From Octopus bimaculoides (taxonomy: Eukaryota): a stretch of 64,000 nt of DNA. Shown in pieces: positions 63,302 to 64,000 of the stretch; within the stretch, counting starts at the first letter, position 1; every line of letters starts with the position of its first letter. The position numbers and the translations under genes are program-made. The stretch is taken from NCBI RefSeq assembly GCF_001194135.2, contig NC_068984.1:913946-977945 (forward strand), in the 5' to 3' direction. The notes below the pieces were generated by a model, which worked only from the letters and a program-made list of their open reading frames with translations, did no database searches and was not told the origin of the DNA.

Positions 63302-63783
63302 NNNNNNNNNNNNNNNNNNNNNNNNNNNNNNNNNNNNNNNNNNNNNNNNNNNNNNNNNNNNNNNNNNNNNNNNNNNNNNNNNNNNNNNNNNNNNNNNNNN
63401 NNNNNNNNNNNNNNNNNNNNNNNNNNNNNNNNNNNNNNNNNNNNNNNNNNNNNNNNNNNNNNNNNNNNNNNNNNNNNNNNNNNNNNNNNNNNNNNNNNNN
63501 NNNNNNNNNNNNNNNNNNNNNNNNNNNNNNNNNNNNNNNNNNNNNNNNNNNNNNNNNNNNNNNNNNNNNNNNNNNNNNNNNNNNNNNNNNNNNNNNNNNN
63601 NNNNNNNNNNNNNNNNNNNNNNNNNNNNNNNNNNNNNNNNNNNNNNNNNNNNNNNNNNNNNNNNNNNNNNNNNNNNNNNNNNNNNNNNNNNNNNNNNNNN
63701 NNNNNNNNNNNNNNNNNNNNNNNNNNNNNNNNNNNNNNNNNNNNNNNNNNNNNNNNNNNNNNNNNNNNNNNNNNNNNNNNNNN

Positions 63784-63832
<49 letters not shown>

Positions 63833-64000
63833 CATACATGCATAAATAGGTATCACACACATGCACATCTAGATATATACACACGCAAGCGTTGTTTCAT
63901 CATTCATTTACATAAAGAATATTAAAAAAACCTCTTTTCAGAAGCAATGAAATTAATAACAACTTTTAGAGCTACAAAAAACGTGTTGCATTAACAAAAA

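Overview
AT-rich eukaryotic (animal) genomic DNA from a short-read scaffold with 14 N-gaps, almost all bounded by microsatellites. The SINE/LINE content matches what I recall as typical of Octopus (inference, not a database result). I cannot recognise any host protein-coding gene; the window looks intergenic or intronic. Most ORF-track entries are translations of microsatellites or N-runs. Content I can support: (i) 12 decayed fragments of R4/Dong-like non-LTR retrotransposons (RT with YMDD, CCHC knuckle, restriction-like endonuclease), most sitting in (TAA)n tracts with a fixed strand polarity; (ii) CR1-, RTE- and L1/Tx1-like LINE remnants; (iii) four Penelope-like fragments, two with hammerhead-like 3' motifs; (iv) an internally deleted mariner with both TIRs and TA duplication, and a Chapaev3-like transposase remnant; (v) several tRNA-derived SINE families, two copies with target-site duplications; (vi) a 324-bp near-perfect palindrome and three older diverged hairpins. 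No new system is demonstrated. The best leads are microsatellite targeting by the R4/Dong-like elements (possibly two specificities) and the series of fold-back hairpins. All translations and alignments were done by eye, so boundaries are approximate unless stated as exact.
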